Shown here in pieces: positions 1-12,675 of a stretch of 64,000 nucleotides of DNA (positions within the stretch are counted from its first letter, which is position 1; every line of letters starts with the position of its first letter). Both the position numbers and the translations under genes were made by a program. Below the pieces are notes generated by a model. The model did not search any database and had not been told where the DNA came from. It was given only the letters and a program-made list of their open reading frames with translations. This stretch comes from Octopus sinensis (lineage: Eukaryota). Location: positions 139,810,001-139,874,000 of the forward strand of contig NC_043000.1 in assembly GCF_006345805.1 (NCBI RefSeq). Direction: 5' to 3'.

Positions 1-344
1 TATCATGTAGAGCTGACTGGTGCTTATCACTGGATCAGTTCTGAATCAGAAGATATTTTTGTACTAAGAGAAATTCCAGTTGTGACCATTCTTTTATATT
101 TTAGTACATTTAGGATTATATTATCTAAATGTGTCCTCTCTAGACAATAGAGTATGATTTGAAGGAAAATTGGCTGCCATTTCTGATAGGTCTCTACAGT
201 TTCCATAACAACATAGAACCAATTTTTTGCTTTATCACAAACTAGCACAAATCAGGTTGGAAGATTCTTGGCAGCTAAGAGAGCAGCTACATCTCCCTCA
301 AATAATATCCGAGATTATCATCATCATCATCACCATCAACATCT

Positions 345-572
345 GTTTCTTTACTACCCACAAGGGGCTACACACCGAGGGGACAAACAAGGATAGACAA
401 ACGGATTAAGTCGATTACATCGACCCCAGTGCATAACTGGTACTTTATTTATCGACCCCGAAAGGATGAAAGGCAAAGTCAACCTCGGCAGAATTTGAAC
501 TCAGAACTTAACGGCAGACGAAATACGGCTACGCATTTCGCCTGGTGTGCTAACCTTTCTGCCAGCTCACCA
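345..572 (-). mobile_element. OK-like tRNA-derived SINE
   Basis: Minus strand reads tRNA-like head GGTGAGCTGGCAGAAAGGTTAGCAC...GAGTTCAAATTC, then GCCTTTCATCCTTTCGGGGTCGATAAA core and GTAGTAAAGAAA tail; many copies in window. Confidence 0.9.
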
Positions 573-900
573 TCACCATCACCACCATCATCATCATCAT
601 CATTTAATTTCCATTTTCTATCCTGGCATAGGTAGGAGAGTTTGTCACCAACTGGAAAGTCAGAAGACAGCACCAAGCTCTGCTTTCTGTTATGGTGTGG
701 TTTCTAATTCATGATGACTATAGGAGAGGATAGATATGAAAACTGGGCTTTTTCATCAAGCTCTCTTCTTCTGAGGATCGAATGCTGAAGCTAGCACATT
801 ATTGTGACAGCACCTCCAATTCTTGCATCCAGTTCAGCCTTCTGCATCCCATCACTCATGAATATTGTCCCATTGTTTTTCACTTGTCTTAGTCAAGTTC
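570..900 (-). mobile_element. Old RTE-clade LINE 3' fragment with (GAT)n tail
   Basis: Minus strand encodes DGMQKAELDARIGGAVTIMC*LQHSILRRRELDEKAQ, resembling the RTE ORF2 C-terminus; (CAT)n at 570-605. Confidence 0.55.
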
Positions 901-1011
901 CAAATAAGGCTAGTCTGTACAAGTTATATACAAATGGCAGTTTTGTGTCTGGTATGAATAAGACCACTAGAATTTGCAATATGAAACAGTTTAGAAAAAA
1001 ATAATCATATC

Positions 1012-1414
1012 AGGCGCAGGAGTGGTTGTGTGGTAAGTAGCTTGCTAACCAACCACATGGTTCCGGGTTCAGTCCCACTGCATGGCATCTTGGGCAAGTG
1101 TCTTCTGCTATAGCCCCGGGCCGACCAATGCTTTGTGAGTGGATTTGGTAGACGGAAACTGAAAGAAGCCTGTCGTATATATGTATATATATGTATGTGT
1201 ATGTGTGTGTGTTTGTCCCCCTAGCATTGCTTGACAACCGATGCTGGTGTGTTTACATCGCCGTCACTTAGCGGTTCAGCGAAAGAGACCAATAGAATAA
1301 GTACTGGTCTTACAAAGAATAAGTCCTGGGGTTGATTTGCTCGACTAACGGCGGTGCTCCAGCATGGCCGCAGTCAAATGACTGAAAACAAGTAAAAGAG
1401 AGAGAGTAAAGAGT
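1012..1414 (+). mobile_element. OR2-like tRNA/CORE SINE
   Basis: Head GGAGTGGTTGTGTGGTAAG...GGTTCAGTCCC (A/B boxes), CORE-like CTTGGGCAAGTGTCTT, internal (TA)/(TG) microsatellite, (AAAGAGT)n tail. Confidence 0.93.
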
Positions 1415-2511
1415 AATGCAATGATTCAAAATACCAAGAAGCTGCAGCAAGATGATGTCTTTTAACCAGAGAAGGCAATGCTAAGAGGAAAACTTTGCAG
1501 AGTAAAACTGCTTGGAATTTATCCCAACATGTTTTACTAATCTAACACATAAATGAATAACTTAAAATATAAATAAACAAATAAGATGCTTGTTTCATCT
1601 GATTTTGTGATGACAAATAAGATCAATGTCCTTTTTTGCTGCATTTTATTTTAATCTATCATTTATTTTTTTTTATTTTGTTCTATTTGCTATTTATTAA
1701 TATTGGCAGCAGTGAAGATGATATTAATAATGATGATGATGATGATGATGATGATGGGGCAATGCCTTTACAATATGCGATGATAGTGGTCATCGTGATA
1801 GTGGATGTCAGGATGATGTGTAAAGATTGTTATTGTGGTGGTTATGACAAAGTAAATTTACTGAAACTGTGTACATATTTTTATTAGATTTTCTGCTAGT
1901 TAGCTCTGCTTTGGTAGCAATGTCCAAGAAATCAATCTTATGAAATTTCCATGATGAAACAAGTTAGACAGAAATCAAATTGAAGAAGAAAGACGGAAGA
2001 TAATTGTATAATATTCTTGTAATCACAGTTGGAGTATATAATTGTATCTAGGAACGCAGTAGGGGAATCTTAATATGTATTGCTTAATATGTTCCGGCAT
2101 GAGAAAATATCTAATAAATGGTTGTAGAAAGAATGTCCATAAATATAGGAACACAGGGAAATTCACTAAATCTACTTCATTATCAACATAGATTACATTG
2201 AAAATAAATCTTGCCTGTAAATTTCCAATGGTCAGCTAATTATCATGTTATCCTTTCTGCTTCTGAAATATTATAAATCTCCTCCCATTTTATGACTCAA
2301 TGATGGCTAAATTGATAAAGAATTGGCTTTATCCAAATTGTTGCTGGTTCTAACACTACCACACATCACATGTTATAAACGAGTGTTTCAATGCAGCCAA
2401 CTATCAATTGTAAGTAAGTATGGCTTGGTGACACATACCATGCTTTCATTAATTGATTTACGTGCCCTATGTAGTTCTATCCAAACACAGAGACTCTGTT
2501 AAACTGCTTGT

Positions 2512-2735
2512 GGAGGCACAGAGCTTAATGGTTAAGGGTGTTGGACTCATGATCGCAAGATTGTGGTTTCAATTCCTGGACTGGGCAACCTGTGTACTTG
2601 AGCAAAACACTTCATTTCACATTGCTCCAGTCCACTCATCCTGGCAAAAATGAGTAATCCTTTGAAGGACTGGCTTCCCATCCAGGTGGGCAATATATAC
2701 ATACCACTGACACTGGGAAATCAGCCCTTATAAGA
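2512..2735 (+). mobile_element. Degenerate OR1-like SINE with a different (V-domain-like) 3' half
   Basis: 5' half matches copies at 10678 and 30348; then GGACTGGCTTCCCATCCAGG replaces the usual 3' half. Confidence 0.6.
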
Positions 2736-3159
2736 AGCTAAAGGTAACTTTAGCTTCTTTTTTCTTTCTTAATTGCTTCACCATTGATCCAGTTGAAGAT
2801 TGAAGATGTAAAAGACAGAGGGAAAGGTGGCTGCACTACAACCAAACTGGTTCTAATTACATCTGAGTAGAGTGGCACCACAGGAAATAAAATGCCTTGC
2901 TCAAGGGTACAATAGACCACTCAGCTGCTGTGGAATTGAATCCACAACATTGTGGTTATGGTATGGAATTGGCTAACAGCTAGATTACATGCCTACACGT
3001 TGTAACTATACCACTACGAATAAAAACATGAGAACAAAAAACCAACAAGAGCACTGTTACAACAACCACCACCACTACTTCAATCATTACCATTAATGCT
3101 ACTCTCTTTACCACAACTACATCCCTACTACTTTAATTAATGAACCTAACACTGAAAAA

Positions 3160-4772
3160 AACTACTACTACTACTACTACTACTTACTACTACTTCTACT
3201 ACTTCAACCACCACCTCTACCACCACCACCACCACCACTGCTGCCGCCACTGCCATTGCTGCTGGCACTTTAACTACTGCTACCGCTGCCACCACTACCA
3301 CTTCCACTGCTGCCACTACTGCCACTGCCACCACTGCTACTGCCACCACTGCCACTGCCACCACTGCTGCTGCTGCCACTGCTGCCACTACTACCACTGC
3401 CACCACTGCTACTGCCACCACTGCTACTGCCACCACTGCCACTGCCACCACTGCTACTGCCACCACTGCCACTGCCACCACTGCTACTGCCACCACTGCC
3501 ACTGCCACCACTGCTGCTGCTGCCACTGCTGCCACTACTACCACTGCCACTACTACCACTGCCACCACTGCCACTGCCACAACTGCTGCTGCCACCACTG
3601 CTACTGCCACCACTGCCACTTCCACCACTGCTGCTGCTGCCACTACCACTGCCACCACTGCCACCACTACTACTGCCACCACTGCTACTGCCACCACTGC
3701 CACTTCCACCACTGCTACTGCCACCACTGCCACTGCCACCACTGCTACTGCCACCACTGCCACTGCCACCACTGCACTGCCACAACTGCTGCTGCCACCA
3801 CTGCTACTGCCACCACTGCCACTGCCACCACTGCTACTGCCACCACTGCCACTGCCACCACTGCTACTGCCACCACTGCCACTGCCACCACTGCTGCTGC
3901 TGCCACTGCTGCCACTACTACCACTGCCACCACTGCCACTGCCACCACTGCACTGCCACTACTGCCACCACTGCCACTGCCACCACTGCTACTGCCACCA
4001 CTGCCACTGCCACCACTGCTACTGCCACCACTGCCACTGCCACCACTGCTACTGCCACCACTGCCACTGCCACTACTGCTGCTGCTGCCACTGCTGCCAC
4101 TACTACCACTGCCACTACTACCACTGCCACCACTGCCACTGCCACCACTGCTACTGCCACCACTGCCACTGCCACCACTGCTACTGCCACCACTGCCACT
4201 GCCACCACTGCTACTGCCACCACTGCCACTGCCACCACTGCTACTGCCACCACTGCCACTGCCACCACTGCCACTGCCACAACTGCTGCTGCCACCACTG
4301 CTACTGCCACCACTGCCACTGCCACCACTGCTACTGCCACCACTGCCACTGCCACCACTGCTGCTGCTGCCACTGCTGCCACTACTACCACTGCCACTAC
4401 TACCACTGCCACCACTGCCACTGCCACCACTGCTACTGCCACCACTGCCACTGCCACCACTGCTACTGCCACCACTGCCACTGCCACTGCTACTGCCACC
4501 ACTGCCACTGCCACCACTGCTACTGCCACCACTGCCACTGCCACCACTGCCACTGCCACAACTGCTGCTGCCACCACTGCTACTGCCACCACTGCCACTG
4601 CCACCACTGCTGCTGCTGCCACTACCACTGCCACCACTACTACTGCCACCACTGCTGCTGCTGCCACTGCTACTGCCACTTCTGCCACTGCCACCACTGC
4701 CACTGCCGCTGCTACCACTACCACTACCGCAGCTACCACTGCCACTGCTGCCACTGCCACTGCTGCCGCTAT
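3160..4772. repeat. Triplet-framed CCA/CTG/CTA minisatellite (core unit about 30 bp, CACCACTGCCACTGCCACCACTGCTACTGC)
   Basis: Direct reading; generates the stop-free C/H, T/A, P/L and G/S ORFs in the track. Confidence 0.95.
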
Positions 4773-5025
4773 ATGACTGTGATGACAACACTGTTTCTGT
4801 GTGATCATTTGATCTACTAGAAATAGCAACTTAATTTCTCATAAATCACAGCCTACCATCTTAAATAAATTGTATCAAAGAAACTTTTTAAAATTCATGG
4901 AAGTTCATAACTTGACTACCTTTGAACTAAAGTCTCCTAGAAGAGGCATCACACCAACCACATCATGTGTTATTAGTCTACCACCAACACTTCACTATTA
5001 AGATGAAAATGAACGAGTAGTAGTA

Positions 5026-5161
5026 GTAGGAGCGACTGTGTGGTAAGTAGCTTGCTTACCAACCACATGGTTCCGGGTTCAGTCCCACTATGTGGCACCT
5101 TGGGCAAGTCTTGTAAGTGGATTTGGTAGACAGAACCTGAAAGAAGCCCATCATGTATATG

Positions 5162-5194
<33 letters not shown>

Positions 5195-5404
5195 TTGTGT
5201 GTCTGTGTTTGTCCCCCCAACATCGCTTGACAACCGATGCTGGTGTGTTTACGTCCCTGTAACTTAGCGGTTCGGCAAAAGAGACCGATAGAATAAGTAC
5301 TAGGCTTACAAAGAATAAGTCCTGGGATTGATTTGCTCGACTAAAGGCGGTGCTCCAGCATGGCCACAGTCAAATGACTGAAACAAGTAAAAGAGTAAAA
5401 GAGT
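5026..5404 (+). mobile_element. OR2-like SINE with internal deletion
   Basis: Same family as 1012-1414; the CORE 3' part is deleted. Confidence 0.9.
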
Positions 5405-6024
5405 AGTGGTAGTGGTGGTGGTGGTGGTGGTGGTGGTGGTAGCAGCAGAAGCAGGCGGAGCCTGACAAAAATAGAAGTCATCCAATTTCAGTATCACTGA
5501 ATTTTACCATTTCCATCAATCACTATCTTAAAAAGAAAAAAGAAGAAACGAAATAAAAACAGGCAAAATTAAAGGGACAAATTCCTCATTTAGCTTTACC
5601 TTGAATCATTTTATGTGCTTTCCTCTCATCTTTTTCCTCTCTTATTTCTTCTCTTTCTCATACTTCAAAACTTCCTCTTATTTAACTTTGCCTTTGTATT
5701 TTATTGAAGTTTTCCTTTTTGCCATTTTATATAGGCTTTTCTTTTCTTTTCTTTTAAATCATGATTTGGTTTGTCTAAATCTCAGTACTGACCCCTCCAC
5801 CCACCCACCCACTACACCATCTACTCTTTCACATTCAATTTCGCTTTGCCTTTAAGCAGATAATCGGTTTGTAATTTCAAAGTGTCATATAATTAAAATA
5901 TTTTACGATTTTTCAAGTGATTCATTTGCAAGAATTTAAGATTTCAAGAAGTTCTATTTTAAAAATTTCTAGGGCATCAAAGTAAAATTATAGTCATACA
6001 TGTATTGTCTAATATTTTCAAAAG

Positions 6025-6057
6025 ACACACTCACACAGACACACACACACACACACA

Positions 6058-6130
<73 letters not shown>
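6025..6130. repeat. (CA)n microsatellite
   Basis: Direct reading. Confidence 0.95.
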
Positions 6131-6133
<3 letters not shown>

Positions 6134-6662
6134 ATGCATACACAAGCACAAGGTGTTGAGCAGACATTCTCATTGTTCAATATTTATGTGCGTGGGGCAG
6201 TTACCTTCCCTGTCAGTATATGTATATATTCGTTCTCTTTCTACATTAAAAGCATTTTAACTCTTATTTCTAGCAATGTAGATGCATCGGTACCCTTAGT
6301 CACATTTAGTGATAACTGAATTTTCCCTTTATGATATCACATTGTGCTTGGCTGTTTATGTTAATTTTTAGTATATTCATTAGCATTTCATTAAATCATC
6401 CATGAATTTTTATGGTAACTATATAAATGCTGGCAGATGAATTAGCCAACCATGAACCATTTGAGCACCACTGAAGCTAGTGGTATAGGTGAAGCTAGTC
6501 TTAGTCTGGTTGATCCTTGAGATGGTCTTAGTGCAGTCATCTTTCCTGACAGTATATGTATATATTTGCACTCATTAAGAGTATTTTAACTCTTATTTCT
6601 AGCAATGTAGGAGCTTCAGCACCCTTAGTCACATTTAGTGACAACTGAATTTTTCTTCTCTC

Positions 6663-6717
<55 letters not shown>

Positions 6718-6727
6718 TATATATATA

Positions 6728-6935
6728 TAAAGTTAATCCAAACAAGAAAGCACAAAAAAACACAACAACGCGAGGGCGTGGAACAAATATAGTATTATTG
6801 GACGCTCAGGAAAGAAGGAAAGAAGGAAGGTTTAACGTTTCGAGTGGAGCTCTTTGTCAGAAACATAGGAGAAGGAAAGATCCAGAGAAGGGAAGACAGC
6901 GGGAAAAAAATCGCCAACGGTACACACGAGGTCAC
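6728..6935 (-). mobile_element. Penelope-like terminal remnant, family A, anchored in (TA)n
   Basis: Homologous to 47504-47709; abuts a (TA)n tract; contains a minimal hammerhead-like motif. Confidence 0.7.
6830..6864 (-). ncRNA. Minimal type I hammerhead-like motif (degenerate)
   Basis: GTTT CTGACAA A GAGC TCC ACTC GAAAC GT T AAAC: helix I GTTT/AAAC, helix II, palindromic ACGT helix III; G8 mutated. Confidence 0.7.
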
Positions 6936-7289
6936 TGTCATCATAACTTGATATTCATCTTCCATATGGGCATGAATGGGTTGGATGGTTTGACAGAATC
7001 CAAGAAGCTGGAAAACTATGTTGTGCTCTAATGTCAATTTTGGTATAGTTTCTGCAGCTAGATACCTTTCCTAAAGCCAGCCACTTTACATAGTGTAATA
7101 CGTGCCTTTTTATGACACCAGAACCAATAATATCACAAAGGTAACATGCAAGGTAGGGTGAAAGACCTCTCAGCTGAATAGTTTTGTAGTAGAGAGAGGT
7201 TTTATGCCTAATGTTGAGACACTGAAGTATGATAGAAAGTGAGACAAGGATGTTTTAGTAAAAAAAGTATATATAGGCACAAGTATATA

Positions 7290-7634
7290 TAGGCACAAGG
7301 TTCTGGGTTCAGTCCCACTGCGTGGCATCTTCGGTAAGTGCCTTCTGCTATAGCCCCGGGCCGACCAATGCCTTGTGAGTGGATTTGGTAGACGGAAACT
7401 GAAAGAAGCCTGTTGTATATATGTATATATGTGTATGTGTGTGTGTTTGTCCCCCTAGCATTGCTTGACAACCGATGCTGGTGTGTTTACGTCCCTGTCA
7501 CTTAGCGGTTCGGCAAAAGAGACTGATAGAATAAGTACTGGGCTTACAAAGAATAAGTCCTGGGGTCAATTTGCTCGACTAAAGGCGGTGCTCCAGCATG
7601 GCCGCAGTCAAATGACTGAAAGAAGTAAAAGAGT
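7290..7634 (+). mobile_element. OR2-like SINE with head partly deleted
   Basis: Family match. Confidence 0.9.
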
Positions 7635-7639
7635 ATGGC

Positions 7640-7953
7640 CAGTGGTGGACTGGCCAGGTTGCCAGTTTGCCGGAAGGCAAGTGGGCCCCTACACCATAAG
7701 AATCCATATGTTGGGGCTTATGTTAGTATCTAAGGAGCCCATCCCCTCAAGTTTGAGAATTTTTTATTGACTTCTGGAAGAATGCATTCATTATTTCAGC
7801 CCAGCTGTGTTTGTAGACAGTTGAAAAGAATACTTTTAATAAAAAAAAAATGAATGATAGTATTGTAGTTGCAGGTGCCCCCCCCCCTTGAGTTGTGGGT
7901 TGGCCCCGTAGTTTCCTGGCAACCAATATTTTTTCAGACCCTATCTGCCACTG
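7640..7953. mobile_element. hAT-like MITE
   Basis: Imperfect TIRs CAGTGGTGGA / CAGTGGCAGA; 8-bp TSD AGTATGGC / AATATGGC. Confidence 0.6.
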
Positions 7954-8076
7954 AATATGGCTACCTTGCATTATAAAAGGGTGGGTAGAAGTAGCTGGTA
8001 AGAGGCCTATGATGGTGGTGCTGAGGTCCAAAATATACTCTCAGGATACCAGAAGGAGCAAATAAGAAAATATATA

Positions 8077-8684
8077 CCTATTTCTTTACTACCCACAAGG
8101 GGCTACATACAGAGGGGACAAACAAGGACAGACAAACGGATTAAGTCGATTACATGATTACATCGACCCCAGTGCATAACTGGTACTTAATTTATCGACC
8201 CCGAGAGGATGAAAGGCAAAGTTGACCTCGGCGGAACTTGAACTCAGAATGTAACGACAGACAAAATACCTATTTCTTTATTACCCTCAAGGGGCTAGAC
8301 ACAGAGCGGACAAACAAGGACAGACATAGGTATTAAGTCGATTACATCGACCCCAGTGCGTAACTGGTACTTAATTTATCGACCCCGAAAGGATGAAAGG
8401 CAAAGTTGACCTTGGCGGAACTTGAGCTCAGAATGTAACGTCAGACGAAATACCTATTTCTTTATTACCCACAAGGGGCTAAACACAGAGTGGACAAACA
8501 AGGACAGACATAGGTATTAAGTCAATTACATCGACCCCAGTGCGTAACTGGTACTTAATTTATTGACTCCGAAAGGATGAAAGACAAAGTTGACTTCGGT
8601 GGAACTTGAACTCAGAACGTAACGGCAGACGAAATACCGCTAAGCATTTCGCCCAGCGTGCTAACGTGTCCGCCAGCTCGCCTT
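8077..8684 (-). mobile_element. Head-to-tail trimer of OK-like SINE
   Basis: Units 8453-8684 (with head), 8269-8452 and 8077-8268 (headless); a single 15-bp TSD ATAAGAAAATATATA at 8062-8076 and 8685-8699. Confidence 0.9.
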
Positions 8685-8959
8685 ATAAGAAAATATATAG
8701 ACAGGAAGGATGGGTAGATAAGAACATCAGTGTTGAGAGAATCATAACAGATGTTTAGAGATGGGAGTAGGGGTGAATGTAAGTAATGGAATTAGGGTTC
8801 ATATGTATCTGATGGTAAATATCAGCATGGAAGGATGGTTAAAGAAAAAGGAATTGCTCATAAGGAGCTGATAAGTGCTAGTAGAAGTATAACAAATCTG
8901 GAGATAGATAAGAAAGTAGAGGCCTACATCAAGTGACTGGAGGAGGTAGTACTGCACTG

Positions 8960-9416
8960 GGGGAAGAGGATGGCTGCTGGAAGACCTATGTCTGGCAACA
9001 GGACATTGCACCGTGCCATACAAGCATGTGAACCCAGTCATGGCTGGCAGAGAATATTTGTGACCACATCACCCCTAACATCTGGCTACCTAACTCCCCA
9101 AAATGCAACTCCCTTGATTATTATATGTGCGGTTGCAGTTGAGCAAGAGACCAACAAAACTCCTTGTAACACCAACGATGAACTGAAGGCAAGGATTATG
9201 ACAGCATACACCAGCTTAAACAAGGAGACCATCCAGAAGAGTTGCAGGAGATTCCAAAGTCGTCTGGAAGCTGTGGTTGAAGCCAATGGCGATTTTATTG
9301 AATAAATTTTCTCTTTAGTATTTCAAGATATTTCAATAAATATATCTGCTAAAATGAGATGTCAGTGTTATTTTCATTTTTGCATAATTTAGCTGACAAT
9401 ATATTCATTGCACCCT
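8960..9416 (+). pseudogene. Tc1/mariner superfamily maT-type (DD37D) transposase 3' fragment with right TIR
   Basis: WQQDIAPCHTSM*TQSWL...WLPNSPKCNSLDYY (37 residues between D2 and D3), then EAVVEANGDFIE*; ends ...GCACCCTG. Confidence 0.85.
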
Positions 9417-9432
9417 GTTCATATATATATAT

Positions 9433-9500
9433 ATTATGGAATATAACTCCAAACTTACAGGAAAAAATTCAATTTATTAAAGTATTAAATCAATTTTCAC
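9433..9500 (-). mobile_element. Penelope-like 3' terminus, family G, at (TA)n
   Basis: TCCAAACTTACAGG motif shared with 17846 and 37404. Confidence 0.5.
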
Positions 9501-9547
9501 AATATAAATATATAAATATATATTTTATATATTTTATATTATATATA

Positions 9548-9845
9548 TATCATCATCATCATCATTTAACGTCCGCTTTCCATGCTAGCATGGGTTGGAC
9601 TGTTCAACTGGGGTCTGGGAAGCCAGAAAGCTGCACCAGGCCAGTCAGATCTGGCAGTGTTTCTACAGCTGGATGCCCTTCCTAATGCCAACCACTCCAT
9701 GAGTGTAGTGGGTGCTTTTTACGTGCCACCCGCACAGGTGCCAGACGAGGCTGGCAAACGACCACGATCAGACGGTGCTTTTTATGTGCTACCGGCACGG
9801 AGGCCAGACGAGGCTGGCAACAGCCACAATCGGATGGTGTTTTTT
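9548..9845 (-). mobile_element. Solo RTE 3' UTR/tail copy
   Basis: Reverse complement of 28430-28793 of the local RTE; (GAT)n tail. Confidence 0.9.
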
Positions 9846-9992
9846 CATTTTACTTTGGATGAGTAATTTTCTTGTATGTGCACAGAGTCTTCAGGCAGAT
9901 TACAAGCTGTAACTTGCATGGAAATCCTGTGCACCCACTGGGGAGACTCAGGGAAAGCAAGGGACTGGCTTGACCAAATTAAATGCTTACTC

Positions 9993-10388
9993 TTTTTACT
10001 TGTTTCAGTCATTTGACTGTGGCCACGCTGGAGCACCACCTTTAGTCAAGCAAATCGACCCCGGGACTTATTCTTTGTAAGCCTAGTACTTATTCTATCA
10101 GTCTCTCTTGCCGAACCGCTAAGTTACGAGGACGTAAACACACCAGCATCAGTTGTCAAGCAATGCTAGGAGGACAAACACAGACACACAAACACGCACA
10201 CATACATATATATATATATACATATATATGACAGGCTTCTTTCAGTTTCCGTCTACCAAATCCACTCAAAAGGCTTTGGTCAGCCCAAGGCTATAGTAGA
10301 AGATACTTGCCCAAGGTGTTGCGCAGTGGTAATGAACCCAGAACCATGCGGTTGGTTAGCAAGCTACTTACCACACAGCCACTCCTGC
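9993..10388 (-). mobile_element. OR2-like SINE
   Basis: Family match. Confidence 0.92.
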
Positions 10389-10677
10389 ACCTATAAATAT
10401 TATTTATTTTCTTATGGTATACAGTGCATTTTTATTCCAACAGTCAACACTAAATGTGTATGTATGTGTGTGTGTACATATGGTTGTGTATGTATATACA
10501 TCTTTATGTATGTATGTATATGCATCTTTATGTATGTGTGTATGTATATATACATATATAAATGAATGTATGTATATTGAAACTAGATCTTCTAATTTTG
10601 TGACCTAAACTTCACTTCTATGTATGTACAAAATTTGTGTAATGAAACAAGAAACTGTTAATAAGTATATTCAGACA

Positions 10678-11075
10678 GTGGGGGTGCAATGGCCCAGTGG
10701 TTAGGGCAGCGGACTCGTGATCATAGGATCGCGGTTTCGATTCCCAGACCGGGAGTTGTGAGTGTTTATTGAGCGAAAACACCTAAAGCTCCACGATGCT
10801 CCGGTAGGGGATGGTGGTGATCCCTGCTGTACTCTTTCACCACAACTTTCTCTCACTCTTACTTCCTGTTTCTGTTGTACCTGTATTTCAAAGGGCCGGC
10901 CTTGTCACTCACTATGTCACGCTGAATATCCCCGAGAACTACGTTAAGGGTACACGTGTCTGTGGAGTGCTCAGCCACTTACACGTTAATTTCACGAGCA
11001 GGCTGTTCCGTTGATTCGGATCAACCGGAACCCTCGTCGTCGTAACCGACGGAGTGCTTCCATCCATTCCTTCCA
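10678..11075 (+). mobile_element. OR1-like tRNA/CORE SINE
   Basis: A box TGGCCCAGTGG, B box GGTTTCGATTCC; TSD TATTCAGACA on both sides; (TTCCA)n tail; homolog at 30348. Confidence 0.9.
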
Positions 11076-11684
11076 TATTCAGACATCAAAAATAAAGAAA
11101 AAGGGAGCAGTTGATTGGCTGCATGTGTGAAGATAAACTCAAATATATAAAAGCATTTGATTGGATCATATTCAAAGATAAAAAAATCAACTAGAAAAAC
11201 AAATTTAAAAAAAAAAAAAATGAACAAAACTAAAGTAAATAAATTATGGCATCATTCAATCATATTGTTTGCAGTTATTTTACACCATTCAGAAGACATC
11301 ATTCACACTCGAATGCTAGGAAACTCTACAATATTGTAAAAAGAAACTAAGTAACTAGATGAGAAAGCGAGAAAGTGAATAATAGAATGTATATTAGGAG
11401 AACAAATAACATTAACTTTCAAAACACTGTCAGAAATCGCTCTCCATTCATAAAACAGACAGCATTGCAACAAATGAAAATAAAGGAGGTGGGCTAAGAA
11501 CATGATAAACAACAAAGCTCTTAAAAATGTTGATATTTCCTTTCTAAGTAGTCTTTAGTAAGTCTTTGAGTCACTTTTTATACCCCACAGACAAATGTTG
11601 AATACAATATAGCTGGCCATAGAGGATCCTGTGGTAGTAATACAAGTGTCAGACTTGCACAATACATATTTGAAACTCCTCAGT

Positions 11685-11723
<39 letters not shown>

Positions 11724-11768
11724 GATATATATATATATATATACACACATATATATATGTGTGTGTGT

Positions 11769-11802
<34 letters not shown>

Positions 11803-11804
<2 letters not shown>

Positions 11805-11915
11805 TAATAATATAAGGGTAAATAATTATTAATTTTTAAAAAACCAATAATTATTTCTGGGTAGATTTCGGTATGGAAATATAACCATTATTGGTGGGAA
11901 CTTGCCTGCCCTTTT
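11803..11915 (-). mobile_element. Penelope-like 3' terminus at (TA)n
   Basis: Minus strand ends TACCCTTATATTATTA-(TA)n, the terminal motif shared with other remnants. Confidence 0.45.
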
Positions 11916-11924
11916 ATTTACATA

Positions 11925-12114
11925 TACTCTTTTACTTGTTTCAGTCATTTTGACTGCGGCCATGCTGGAGCACCGCCTTTAGTCGAGCAAATTGACCCCG
12001 GGACTTATTCTTTGTAAGCCCAGTGCTTATTCTATCGGTCTCTTTTGCCGAACTGCTAAGTGACGGGGACGTAAACACACCAGCATTGGTTGTCAAGCAA
12101 TGCTAGGGGGACAA

Positions 12115-12148
<34 letters not shown>

Positions 12149-12326
12149 ATATAAACATATATACGACGGGCTTCTTTCAGTTTCCATCTACCAAATCCAC
12201 TCACAAGGCATTGGTCGGCCCGGGGCTATAGCAGAAGACACTTGCCCAAGATGCCACGCAGTGGGACTGAACCCGGAACCATGTGGTTGGTTAGCAAGCT
12301 ACTTACCACACAGCCACTCCTGCGCC
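11925..12326 (-). mobile_element. OR2-like SINE
   Basis: Family match. Confidence 0.92.
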
Positions 12327-12675
12327 TATATATATATCTATTTATATATATAATATGATCTGGAAGGTGGTAGTTAGGGTACTTTAAAGGGATTTTAGTA
12401 TGAAATCATAGATTTAAAAGTGTTAAAGCATTCTCACAGTAGATTTGAAACCTATTAGACCCATGATAACTCCAAACTTCCTAGAGTCTGAAATGAATTG
12501 AAGGGAAGTGACAGTTCTTATCAGCAGAAAAAATTAATAACCTACCATGTTTATTGATGGCCTTAGCAACAGGGTTATTTTAATTTGAATGAAATTGGTT
12601 GTGTAGTTCTCAAGTTTTAGGGAAACACATAGACAGACAGACACACATTCTCAGTTTTATATATATAAAGATATA

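Noticed and set aside
1010-1237. Recurrent MSSNARG.../MLGGQT... ORFs as a gene family
   Set aside because: They are translations of the OR2 SINE
3140-4829. Long ORFs (554, 348, 303, 208 aa) as real Cys/His-, Pro/Leu- or Gly/Ser-rich proteins
   Set aside because: Fully explained by a stop-free triplet minisatellite; no splice signals or unique sequence
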